Source of the DNA: Methanobacteriota archaeon
GTDB taxonomy: Archaea > Thermoplasmatota > E2 > DHVEG-1
DNA: 64,000 bases
NCBI GenBank assembly: GCA_963769885.1
Contig: CAVYNH010000007.1
Span: 160,001-224,000 of the forward strand
Reading direction: 5' to 3'
Shown: piece by piece, positions 40,156 through 48,528 of the stretch
Position numbering within the stretch: the stretch's first letter is position 1
Layout of the letters: each line of letters opens with the position of its first letter
Program-made: the position numbers and the translations under genes
Notes under the pieces: model-generated
What the model saw: only the letters and a program-made list of their open reading frames with translations
Database searches by the model: none
Told to the model about the DNA's origin: nothing

Positions 40156-41256
40156 CTCCTTTTTCTCGGAGGGATTCTCCGAGACACCCCCGTTTTCTAT
40201 ACAAGTGTCTCTTTTCCCATCAGGCTTTCCCCCAACCAATGCTAGTGGTTGTCTGAGGGCCTGATGGAACAAATCCCGCCGTTTCCCCTTGACTTGGTTC
40301 TCTATTTCCTGTGAGAGAAAAACGTAGTGGTCTACGTTCTGGGTCTTCACGTGTCCGAGGCTGAGAGCAACCTTCTTGATGTCTTTCGTGCGGTCGTACA
40401 GGTAGGTCGCGTAGGTATGCCGCATGTCGTAGAGGATCGTGTCGTGGTCCTGCATGGTTTCCTTGAACACCGGCGCGATATGCCGTCTGAGGTACGCCCC
40501 GGTCACCCGCCGTCCGTTCGGCTCTAGGAACAGGGCGTTGCCGCTTCTTGCGTCGTCGTAGGCCAGGGGCCGCCATGTGTCCCGGTAATTCTTCGGAGTC
40601 CGGTAGACCCTGCTGGACAGCACCACGGGGTCCCAGGGGTAGACACGGCGGTTTTTCCCGTGTTTCTTATCCTCGGTCAATATGACGTACCCGGTCCCAT
40701 CCGGGTTAATCACCAAGTCGTTTACATCAAGGTTGCATATCTCAGATGGGGGCCGTGGCCCATAGTTGAATCCGAAGAACACGACGCTCTGGAGGAGCGC
40801 ATTCTCATAGGGGTCCGTGCTGTACTCTGCATGGTAGAGCCGGTTGACGATCGACGGCAGCGGGATCACGACGTCTCTATGGGCTTCTGAGGCTCGAATG
40901 CGGGGTGTTTTCACGTATTTATCCCAGTCTTCGGTGTACTGCCTGAATGCCTTCAGGAACATCAACACCGCTTTTTTCTCGTGGTACAACGCGTTCGGTG
41001 ACGCGCCCTCGTGTTCAATCCGGTAGTCCATGTGCCGCAGGAAATCCTCGGGCTTGAGGTCTCGGAAGTTGATGGGGCAGACATGGGTTTCCATCATCCG
41101 GGCGTACCGCAGATGCTTCTCGATGGTCGATAGTCCGAGTTCTTGGCGTACATGCGCGTGGACGGCGACGTCGTTGAAGGTCGCTGTCCGTGGGTCTAGG
41201 AAATAGGGGACGTCAGTTCGCCTGATATTGGTGAGTAGGCTTTGCAGGTCCTCCAT
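40123..41256 (-). CDS. Tyrosine integrase; 3' end runs across att into tRNA antisense
   Basis: GPRPPSE, DKK, YDMRHTYAT, LGH..HY; start uncertain (41256 or up to 41409). Confidence 0.9.
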   Translation of the reverse strand: MEDLQSLLTNIRRTDVPYFLDPRTATFNDVAVHAHVRQELGLSTIEKHLRYARMMETHVCPINFRDLKPEDFLRHMDYRIEHEGASPNALYHEKKAVLMFLKAFRQYTEDWDKYVKTPRIRASEAHRDVVIPLPSIVNRLYHAEYSTDPYENALLQSVVFFGFNYGPRPPSEICNLDVNDLVINPDGTGYVILTEDKKHGKNRRVYPWDPVVLSSRVYRTPKNYRDTWRPLAYDDARSGNALFLEPNGRRVTGAYLRRHIAPVFKETMQDHDTILYDMRHTYATYLYDRTKDIKKVALSLGHVKTQNVDHYVFLSQEIENQVKGKRRDLFHQALRQPLALVGGKPDGKRDTCIENGGVSENPSEKKEWACPDLNWSL

Positions 41257-41421
41257 GAGTTCCCCGGGTGGGGGTAATGTCGGGTCCAGTAGAGAGTGGC
41301 CTATCTGTCCTAAATTCTCGCAACTTTTTACACCTCCTCGCAGGTCAAACGATCTGCAAGGGTGTGAATCCTTTGAATCTATTTTAGGGTTTTCGTCGCT
41401 GGGTTTCAATTCTTCTGTACC

Positions 41422-43689
41422 TCACCCTGCTCTGAATCGTGATTTCGTTGTCACCGGCGGCTGTATGATCGTCGTCGATGTCGGCGTCCTGCCCGTCCGA
41501 GTCGTGACCTGTGTGCCTGGGACGAGGATGTGCGCGCCGGTCTTCCGGCTGATCACGTCCTGACTGGCACCGTTCGTGACTGAGAGGACACCGTTGGCGA
41601 TGCTGGCACCGAGACGTTTGCCCCAGTCCTCGACGCTCTGGCCATGCTCAAGCGTCGCATGAACATCTATTGAGACAGCGCAATTTATCACCCCAGACGG
41701 GCCGCCCTGGGCCACACCCGCTGGGACGACGTATTCGCCTTTGTGGACGATAGCGGCCCCCGTCTCTAGGATGCTGCCGCCTTCCTGAAGCCACGGCACC
41801 CGACCGAATAACCGGTCGGTGATCGGCGTCGACGTGCCGCCTACCGCGCTGACGCCTCCTACGTCCTGCCCGGTGAGCTCCAGCCATTCCCGGTACTTGT
41901 CGATGCTCGCCTGGACTGCTTTCACGTTGTCAACGCCGTACCATTTCAGCCACGCTTGAGCACCCTCAGAGCCGGGGAAGGCGGCCATAGTGGCCTCTAT
42001 CACGCTGATCTGCTGGGTTGTGGCGTCCTTTATCCTGGTGTTGAGCGCGGTGATGCTGTCGCCGTAGGCAGTCATAAGGAGTCCCTCGTGCTGGATACTC
42101 AAATCGAGCGACGAGATCTCCTGTTCGTAGGTGAACGCCCTGGTCTGCTGGGTGATATCCTGGGTTAGTCCGGTGCGTTCGAGCTCGGCCTGCATCTCCT
42201 GGATGCGCAGGCCGAGGTCCTGGTGTTGAAGCTCCTTGAGTTGAGCCTGTTGGTCTCGGTTGAGGCCATGCCGGGTGTCCGCGTTGTACTGCAGTTGCAT
42301 TTCCGCGATGCTGTTCTTAGTGAGTGCCATGCCTAGCGTGTTGATCGCGTCGTCCAGGACCCACGTCTGCTTCGTCTGGTCCTCAAGGCTCTTCAGGAAG
42401 TCGAGGCGGCCTTGGTCCTGGCTCATCTGTTGATTCAAGAGGGCCTGTTGCGAGGTGAGTTGCGGGTAGAGGTCGACGAGGTTCTGGATCTCGGTCCCGA
42501 GGTCCTTGGCGGCTCCCGCCATGTATTGGATCGGTTCGAGGCTCTGCGCGCTGGCGACGGCGGCTATCGCTTCTTTGATGCTGCCGCCGGCGAACAGGTT
42601 GATCGCGGGGAGGGTCGCTATCGTCTGGATGATCCGCGCGGGAAGGTCCAGCCAGCTGCCCATCGTTCGATATCCTGCCTCCCGTTGCTGTGTTTGTTTC
42701 TGGGTGACGAGGTCGGCGGTGTTCAGGTAATCCTTGTACTGCTGCAGAATCTCTTTTCCAGTCAACTTCGAGGTGTCGATGCCGCCGCCCGCTAGGATCG
42801 CCATGCCGGCCGCATAGCTCTGTACGCCTCCGACGAGGCTTTGGAATGCGCTGGCGTTCCCCGCGGTCGCCGTCTGAATCCTGTTAAGGATGCCTTCGAC
42901 GCCCATCGCCTTCAATACGAGACTGTCGTAGGCGATGCCCAAAGAGTTCATGGTCGCAACCTGGTCTTTCGACGGGCTGCTGAGGTTGCTGAGGACTTCC
43001 GTGAGCCCGCTGAACGCGCTCCTGGCTGGAAGGCCTTTCTCGGCCATGTCGCTGACCGCCGAGACCACCTGGTCGAGGCTCATGCCTGCCGCCTGCGCGA
43101 AAGGAGCAAGCCTTTGAATTTCGGTGCCCAGATCGGCCATAGAGATGTTTGTCGTCTGGTACGCCTGGGTGAGCAATTGGCCGACGTAGGCCGACGCGCT
43201 CGCGCTCAGGCTGAAGGCGTCCATCACGTCCGCCAGGGTTTTCGCGGCTGTCGTCTGATCCGTGAACGTCCTAAGGGAGAGCATCATGGACTCGGTGAGG
43301 AGCGTCATACTGTCCTGGATTCGGAACCCTGACTTCTCGATCTCCGTGAATGAGTCGGCGAGCTCCTGGATGCTTTTCCCGCCGCCGATGCTCAGGTTCT
43401 GGAGTTCTTTCTGAAGGTCTGGGAGGAGCGTCTTCTCCTGGTCGGTCAGGATGCTGCTTATCTTGAGCATCTCGGTCGAATAGCTGCGGTAGGATTGGAT
43501 GCTGTCCTCGATGCCCTGCGTCATGCTGTGGACGCCCTGCATGAGGTAGCCGATAGCCATATTCATGGCACTAAAGGCCGCGCCCATCGCCAAGCCTTGG
43601 ACTGAGAAGGCCTTGAATCTCTGTGCCGCTTGGTCCAGGACGCTGCTCATCTGGTCCCTGGCTTTTAAGTCCACACTGATCTCGGTCAT
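41422..43689 (-). CDS. Tail tape measure protein (TP901-like)
   Basis: SVDLKARD start, LAPFAQAAGMSLDQ core, coiled coil, GGSILETGAAIVHKGEYVVP. Confidence 0.87.
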   Translation of the reverse strand: MTEISVDLKARDQMSSVLDQAAQRFKAFSVQGLAMGAAFSAMNMAIGYLMQGVHSMTQGIEDSIQSYRSYSTEMLKISSILTDQEKTLLPDLQKELQNLSIGGGKSIQELADSFTEIEKSGFRIQDSMTLLTESMMLSLRTFTDQTTAAKTLADVMDAFSLSASASAYVGQLLTQAYQTTNISMADLGTEIQRLAPFAQAAGMSLDQVVSAVSDMAEKGLPARSAFSGLTEVLSNLSSPSKDQVATMNSLGIAYDSLVLKAMGVEGILNRIQTATAGNASAFQSLVGGVQSYAAGMAILAGGGIDTSKLTGKEILQQYKDYLNTADLVTQKQTQQREAGYRTMGSWLDLPARIIQTIATLPAINLFAGGSIKEAIAAVASAQSLEPIQYMAGAAKDLGTEIQNLVDLYPQLTSQQALLNQQMSQDQGRLDFLKSLEDQTKQTWVLDDAINTLGMALTKNSIAEMQLQYNADTRHGLNRDQQAQLKELQHQDLGLRIQEMQAELERTGLTQDITQQTRAFTYEQEISSLDLSIQHEGLLMTAYGDSITALNTRIKDATTQQISVIEATMAAFPGSEGAQAWLKWYGVDNVKAVQASIDKYREWLELTGQDVGGVSAVGGTSTPITDRLFGRVPWLQEGGSILETGAAIVHKGEYVVPAGVAQGGPSGVINCAVSIDVHATLEHGQSVEDWGKRLGASIANGVLSVTNGASQDVISRKTGAHILVPGTQVTTRTGRTPTSTTIIQPPVTTKSRFRAG

Positions 43690-43916
43690 GGCTCGTCTTC
43701 TTCCTCGCCGATGCTCACGTCCTCGTCGGTGATGAGCGTGTAGTCCTCAGGCTGAAAAACAATGGTGGCGAGGCCGACGCCGCCGAGGAGACACTCGACC
43801 TTCTCCCTGGTGACGGCAGGATCGAGATCATGCAAGGCGTTGTAGACCCTGGTCGCGTCAACCGGCGTCCGCACGTCGATCAGGACGCGTTCCACGAGAC
43901 CGCAAGGCTGGCTCAT
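43686..43916 (-). CDS. Small acidic-tailed hypothetical protein
   Basis: ATGA overlaps with both neighbours. Confidence 0.6.
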   Translation of the reverse strand: MSQPCGLVERVLIDVRTPVDATRVYNALHDLDPAVTREKVECLLGGVGLATIVFQPEDYTLITDEDVSIGEEEDEP

Positions 43917-44572
43917 GCCACGGCTCCCTGGTCTTCCGTCTTCGAGTCAAGACCATGCTCCCGTTTTATCTGCTTTCGGAACTCTTCGCGGCTCATTTTC
44001 AGAGGCGTCGGCTGTGTGGTCTTTACCACGGGCGACCCCGCGCCAGGGGAGGACATCTGCCTTCTGAACTCGAAGGGGTCGCCTTTGTGGACGAACACGT
44101 CGCTGACGAACAGGTCTTCCGCAGCCATGTAAGAAGCGACATTGGGTTTCTTCCTGCCGTCCCGGATTTCGATGTTATGAAGCCGTAGAATCTGGCTGAT
44201 GCCTCGTACCCTCTCATTGGGCCGCATGTTTGTTGCGGTGAGAAGGCCCTTATTCGATATCCTGATTAAGGCTATCGCAAAACGCTCGGTGACGTCGCCT
44301 TCAAGGCAGCTTTTCTGAAGGTCGTCCCAGTATTGTTTTTCGACTATGTTGCGGGCTTGACCGACCTCAAACGCCTCTTTATCCCGTTTGGCTCGGAGGG
44401 CTTCTTTTTCCTCGGCGAGCCGTTTGAGTTCAGCGGCGGTGAGTTGGCTGGCGAGTTTCGTCTTCGTCTGGTCCCATTGCAACGCCGCGAGCTCTTCCGG
44501 GGTCTGATAGCCGCTCTCGGCCTGCTCTCTTCGTTCCTGTTCGATTCGTGCTTGTTGTTCTTTCTCATCCAT
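43913..44572 (-). CDS. Hypothetical protein with N-terminal coiled coil
   Basis: AGGAG SD; packed in operon. Confidence 0.7.
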   Translation of the reverse strand: MDEKEQQARIEQERREQAESGYQTPEELAALQWDQTKTKLASQLTAAELKRLAEEKEALRAKRDKEAFEVGQARNIVEKQYWDDLQKSCLEGDVTERFAIALIRISNKGLLTATNMRPNERVRGISQILRLHNIEIRDGRKKPNVASYMAAEDLFVSDVFVHKGDPFEFRRQMSSPGAGSPVVKTTQPTPLKMSREEFRKQIKREHGLDSKTEDQGAVA

Positions 44573-44579
44573 TTTTATC

Positions 44580-45077
44580 TCAACTCCTGATATTCCTCTT
44601 CTGTGTTGTCGCGGTAGTGATGGGTCGCAGGTCGTCCCTCATGGTTTCACCTGGACCCGTATATGAACTCTGACTGACTCTGTGACCGAGATACGGATCG
44701 TCGTCGGTGTCCTGGGAGTCCCGTGGCACGGTCCACCAGACCGTCCCATCCCGGGCGATGTCCACCCGCATGTAGCCCTTCACGTTTGATGAGCCGATGA
44801 TTGCGTTGTAGATCACGTCTGTGAGCGTGCGGCCTTCCGCATGGGACTCGAAGTGTTGGCCGCACGAGGGACACTGCCGGGGGATGCTCTGAATCCGGTG
44901 GATCTTCTGACATTTCAAACACATGATAACAAACGGCACGCCTCGCTTGACGACAGGTTGTTTTATCTCGATGAAATCCCGTAGGACACCGCAACGCGGG
45001 CAGTACCGCCGTGTGATGGGCTTGCGGGTCACGTAGATGGTCTCGCATTCCAAGCATTGCATCTTGATTTTAGGCAT
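44580..45077 (-). CDS. Double zinc-ribbon protein
   Basis: CLEC..CPRC and CLKC..CPSC; GGAGGAGG SD before ATG 45077. Confidence 0.72.
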   Translation of the reverse strand: MPKIKMQCLECETIYVTRKPITRRYCPRCGVLRDFIEIKQPVVKRGVPFVIMCLKCQKIHRIQSIPRQCPSCGQHFESHAEGRTLTDVIYNAIIGSSNVKGYMRVDIARDGTVWWTVPRDSQDTDDDPYLGHRVSQSSYTGPGETMRDDLRPITTATTQKRNIRS

Positions 45078-45600
45078 GGTCCTCCTCCTCGTCGCCGTCG
45101 CCCGTGTACGGCACAAGGTCGTCTATATCTTCGTCCACGGGCGATTCCTGGGCACGTGGGGGCGTCATCGGCGTGCTGGTGGCCATCTTTCGCACCTCTC
45201 GCTGTTGATCGAGATCATGCAAGGCGTCAATCATAGCGTTGAATTCCGCAATGGTGGGTTTCTTGCGACATAAGACACAAGAGTCAGGTTCGGAAATCTT
45301 CACCTGTTCATGCCGTCCGAACTCAGTAGGATACTTGCGCTCCAGCAGCCATGCGCTTGCTTGCCATGAGCCGTTGTTGCTCGCCCTGGTGATGAGCGCG
45401 ATATGCCGTCTCTTGAACTCAGCTTCTCCTTTTCGCGTAGCGTTCACTAATTCCGCAAAAAGGCTGTCGGTGTTGTTGTCTGCATCGCTTGTGCCGATTC
45501 GCATCCAGTCGTAAAACGCGGTCTTCCCAACGCCCAAAAGCGCGCAGATGTCTTTCTTATTCGTCCCTTTTTTGACTTCCCGGTAGATCGTCGTTATCAT
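45070..45600 (-). CDS. Terminase small subunit-like HTH protein (may start at ACG 45639)
   Basis: ICALLGVGKTAFYDW HTH; WQASAWLLERKYPTEFGR motif of the kind seen in phage genes preceding terL. Confidence 0.65.
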   Translation of the reverse strand: MITTIYREVKKGTNKKDICALLGVGKTAFYDWMRIGTSDADNNTDSLFAELVNATRKGEAEFKRRHIALITRASNNGSWQASAWLLERKYPTEFGRHEQVKISEPDSCVLCRKKPTIAEFNAMIDALHDLDQQREVRKMATSTPMTPPRAQESPVDEDIDDLVPYTGDGDEEEDHA

Positions 45601-45631
45601 CTCGGGTGTGAGTCGGAGTTTCCGTCCTCGT

Positions 45632-45886
45632 TTAGCCGTAGCTGACCACGCTCCCCTGGAGTCGTTCCGTCATGGTGTCAACCTTGCTCGTGAGAAGCCT
45701 GTTCTGCCGCGCGAGGTCACAGAGTTCGTTCACTTGCTTCGCTACTAGTTCGTTCTTCATTTTGAGGAGCTCCCGGAGGCTTGCGATCTCATGCTCAAGG
45801 GCATCGATCCGGATGAACTGAAACTCCGTTTTCCGTAGGATTAACATTCCGTGTCCTCTAACTTCGACCCGTGGGCGTGTTTCCAC
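45632..45886 (-). CDS. Small coiled-coil protein
   Basis: Heptad pattern RIDALEHEIASLRELL; start uncertain. Confidence 0.5.
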   Translation of the reverse strand: METRPRVEVRGHGMLILRKTEFQFIRIDALEHEIASLRELLKMKNELVAKQVNELCDLARQNRLLTSKVDTMTERLQGSVVSYG

Positions 45887-45940
45887 TTGCGGATAAAACC
45901 AGGTTCAAACTCCGGGTCCATCTCGCTGGGCATCATTTCG

Positions 45941-46879
45941 TTAGGTCCTCGCCTCGGCTGACGCCTGGGTTTGGCGTCGTTTGAGCATGGCTTCGGTGGC
46001 GTTCATCCAATCTTGGAGTCGTTTCGCCTCTTGTTTTTCCCGTTGTTCGCGGATTTCTATTATATAAGAAGTCTCGTTGTGGTCTTGGTGTTGTTGTCGG
46101 ATTTTGTCTCGGAGTATCTTGGAGAAGCGGATGAATATCTTGTAGAATCGTCCTTCGAGGTTGTGGAGGGCGTCCCATTGTTGTTTGAGGATGCCGTGGA
46201 GGTTGTGAGACTGCCTCTTGCCTCGTATCCAGTTGAATCCTTCTTTGGTCTTTTCGAGGAGTCTGGCGCGTCGTACTTCGAGGAGGCGGTAGAGGGTATG
46301 GAAGATGGCTGCTCGGATTTCGCTGGGGTCTCGTCGGCGGCGTTTGCTGACGTTGACGACGTTGATGGTGAAGATCTGGTGGTGCCGGGCTAGGGTGTTG
46401 AGTTCGAGGGGCGTGGTCTTCCCTTTGAGTTTCCCGGCGAGGAAGATGGTCATTGATGGTTTTTTGCCGGTGCGGTCGATGGGTGCTTTGTTGTTGTGGG
46501 TTTGCCCTGCTGTGAGTCCGGCGATGGTCCGGAGGTCTTCGCCGTAGTAGTAGGGTGTGGTGGCGAAGGCGACGAGGTGGTAGTGAAGGACGTTGTGTTC
46601 AGAGAAGGTCGGGAATTTGATCCATCGGACGGTGAGCGGCTGGTCGTCGTCGAGGTTTGCGGTGAAGATGCCGGTGAGTTCGTCGTCGTTGTATTGGCGG
46701 ACACCGATGATGCCTTCTGCCTCATGGTTCTGTTTTTTGACGACGTCTACGAGGCTTTCTTGGACGATGTCGAAGTGGTGTGCGTGAAGGCGGTTCTCTC
46801 GGTTGATGACGGTCTGCAGCTCCTGCCCGTAACTTTTATATCTTTGATTGTGTTTTATTTCTTGCAAAGTAGCTAGCAC
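45941..46879 (-). CDS. Hypothetical protein, possible HUH replication initiator
   Basis: 312-aa ORF with C/A-rich coding bias; LHYHLVAF motif; function speculative. Confidence 0.5.
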   Translation of the reverse strand: MLATLQEIKHNQRYKSYGQELQTVINRENRLHAHHFDIVQESLVDVVKKQNHEAEGIIGVRQYNDDELTGIFTANLDDDQPLTVRWIKFPTFSEHNVLHYHLVAFATTPYYYGEDLRTIAGLTAGQTHNNKAPIDRTGKKPSMTIFLAGKLKGKTTPLELNTLARHHQIFTINVVNVSKRRRRDPSEIRAAIFHTLYRLLEVRRARLLEKTKEGFNWIRGKRQSHNLHGILKQQWDALHNLEGRFYKIFIRFSKILRDKIRQQHQDHNETSYIIEIREQREKQEAKRLQDWMNATEAMLKRRQTQASAEART

Positions 46880-47020
46880 CTCTTTGTGTTATTGGCCCGG
46901 CGGTCACTCGCTGGGTCAGTATTGTTTTTGTTCTCTCCTCACCATTTTTTGGAGGCTAGGCGACCGGGATTCGCTCTCGGTCGCCGATGAGTGCATGTTT
47001 TCTTCAAAGGCAACTTCGGA

Positions 47021-47161
47021 TTATTGTTCGGGCGGCTCGAATTTTATGTGGATGCTTTCGTTCGGGTTTTCCCGAAGGTAGGACATGATCCCAGAACCCA
47101 CGATCCGCCTGCGGATCTCCTTGATTCGTTTCTTGTCTGCCTCAGATAGATTTTCAGTCAT
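47021..47161 (-). CDS. 46-aa hypothetical protein (not in track)
   Basis: MTENLSEADKKRIKEIRRRIVGSG...; AAGGAG SD; overlaps upstream ORF. Confidence 0.45.
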   Translation of the reverse strand: MTENLSEADKKRIKEIRRRIVGSGIMSYLRENPNESIHIKFEPPEQ

Positions 47162-47330
47162 TGTTTTTTTTCTCCTTTGATAGTTTATACTCTATGATTT
47201 TTTTAGCTAGAAATTCCCGGTCGGCTACCAGGGACAACAGGTAGTCGTGCCAAGTCTGCGTTTTGCAGTCTTTGGCTCGCTCCAGCCTTCGGAATTCAGC
47301 GTCGGTGAAGGTTTCATTTAAGTTCCTCAT
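47154..47330 (-). CDS. 58-aa RHH-like protein (not in track)
   Basis: MRNLNETFTDAEFRRLERAK..TWHDYLLSLV; GAGGT SD. Confidence 0.6.
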   Translation of the reverse strand: MRNLNETFTDAEFRRLERAKDCKTQTWHDYLLSLVADREFLAKKIIEYKLSKEKKNND

Positions 47331-47771
47331 TTTTTTTACCTCGCTACCTTAGCTACCTTAGTCTCTACCTCATAGTAGCAAACTGTATTTTTCCGGACGT
47401 TTTTCTTTATATACTGTCCAGAAGAAAAAGCAAGGGAAATTAAAAAAAGGGGGGCCTAGCGTGTGCGGCGGCAGTCGCCGTCGAGGTGCACGCGTCGGCC
47501 TTCGATGAGTTGGTAACTGTTTGGGTCGATGGGGCCGCCGCATTTTGGGCAGCGTTTGTTCCGTGGGCGGCTCTGTCGTCTTGTGCTGGGGTTGTAGACG
47601 CCCACGATTAGCACCCCGGTTGTGTGCTGATCTCGCGGGGTTCCGTGCCCATGCTGACGTCGCCGACCGTGATATTGAGCCGGGTGCAGCCGAGGGCCTC
47701 CAGGGCCGCCTGGACGGCGTCCAGGGCACTGAGTTCGTCGCCTGGGACCAGGCCGGTGACGCGTAGGCTGT

Positions 47772-48137
47772 TCATTCGACCTCTCGGATCTCGACCGGCG
47801 TGACGATGAGGCGGCTGCCGACGATCTTGACGCTGCAGTAATCGGTCGGATGCCCTGCCGCGAGGACTTTTTCCTCGAGGGTCTGCAGCCAGTTCTGCTT
47901 GAGGACCTCGTCGATGTCATCCCAAGCGACTATCTGCGTGGGCTCGAAGTCGAGCTCGCCGGTGATCGTGACCGTCCCCTCGTTCCCATCGCCTATGGTT
48001 TCCCGCATGGGTGGTACCTGCGTCGGCATTTTGGGCATTCGACTGGGTTCGGGCTTCTCGGCCACCACTGATGCTTGCAGTGGGGGCATTCTTCCATCAA
48101 TGATTTTCTTTTTGCCATTCACTATATCACCGGGCAT
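47772..48137 (-). CDS. Hypothetical protein
   Basis: First ORF after divergent AT-rich promoter region. Confidence 0.55.
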   Translation of the reverse strand: MPGDIVNGKKKIIDGRMPPLQASVVAEKPEPSRMPKMPTQVPPMRETIGDGNEGTVTITGELDFEPTQIVAWDDIDEVLKQNWLQTLEEKVLAAGHPTDYCSVKIVGSRLIVTPVEIREVE

Positions 48138-48159
48138 ATGTATGACACATCAGTATTTA

Positions 48160-48205
48160 ATTATTACGTGTAAATTACGTAATACGTAATATTAAAAACG
48201 TAATC
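48160..48205. promoter_or_regulatory. Operator-like repeat array in divergent promoter
   Basis: ATTACGT, palindrome ATTACGTAAT (48174-48183), ATACGTAAT, ACGTAAT. Confidence 0.55.
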
Positions 48206-48223
48206 AGGGTTTCTCCCTATGGG

Positions 48224-48376
48224 ATGCCAAGACCATCGAAAAAGAAGAAGCCGGAGCCGGTGATGACGATCACGATGCCGCCGGAAATCAGGGAAAAGCT
48301 ACGTCGGATAGCGAAGAAAGAGAAAAGGAGCAAAAGTTCGATGATTCATTACCTCATCGAGCATTACCAAGAATAG
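48224..48376 (+). CDS. 50-aa Arc/CopG-like RHH regulator (not in track)
   Basis: MTITMPPEIREKLRRIAKKEKRSKSSMIHYLIE. Confidence 0.78.
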   Translation: MPRPSKKKKPEPVMTITMPPEIREKLRRIAKKEKRSKSSMIHYLIEHYQE

Positions 48377-48528
48377 AAAAAGAGAGGAGACGTCCCCGCC
48401 TGGATGCCATGGGCAGGGACGCCCCCCATGTTTTAGTGAGGAAGAGAACTGACAACCCTATTTTTTGGAGACTACGTGTTTTTTCTGCAGGTGTCTCCGA
48501 TTTCCTCTCCTGTTGACCAGACCACCTT

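Noticed and set aside
40123-41409. SSV1-type split integrase
   Set aside because: The att core is at the extreme 3' end and the catalytic domain remains in one frame; no separated N-terminal fragment is seen.
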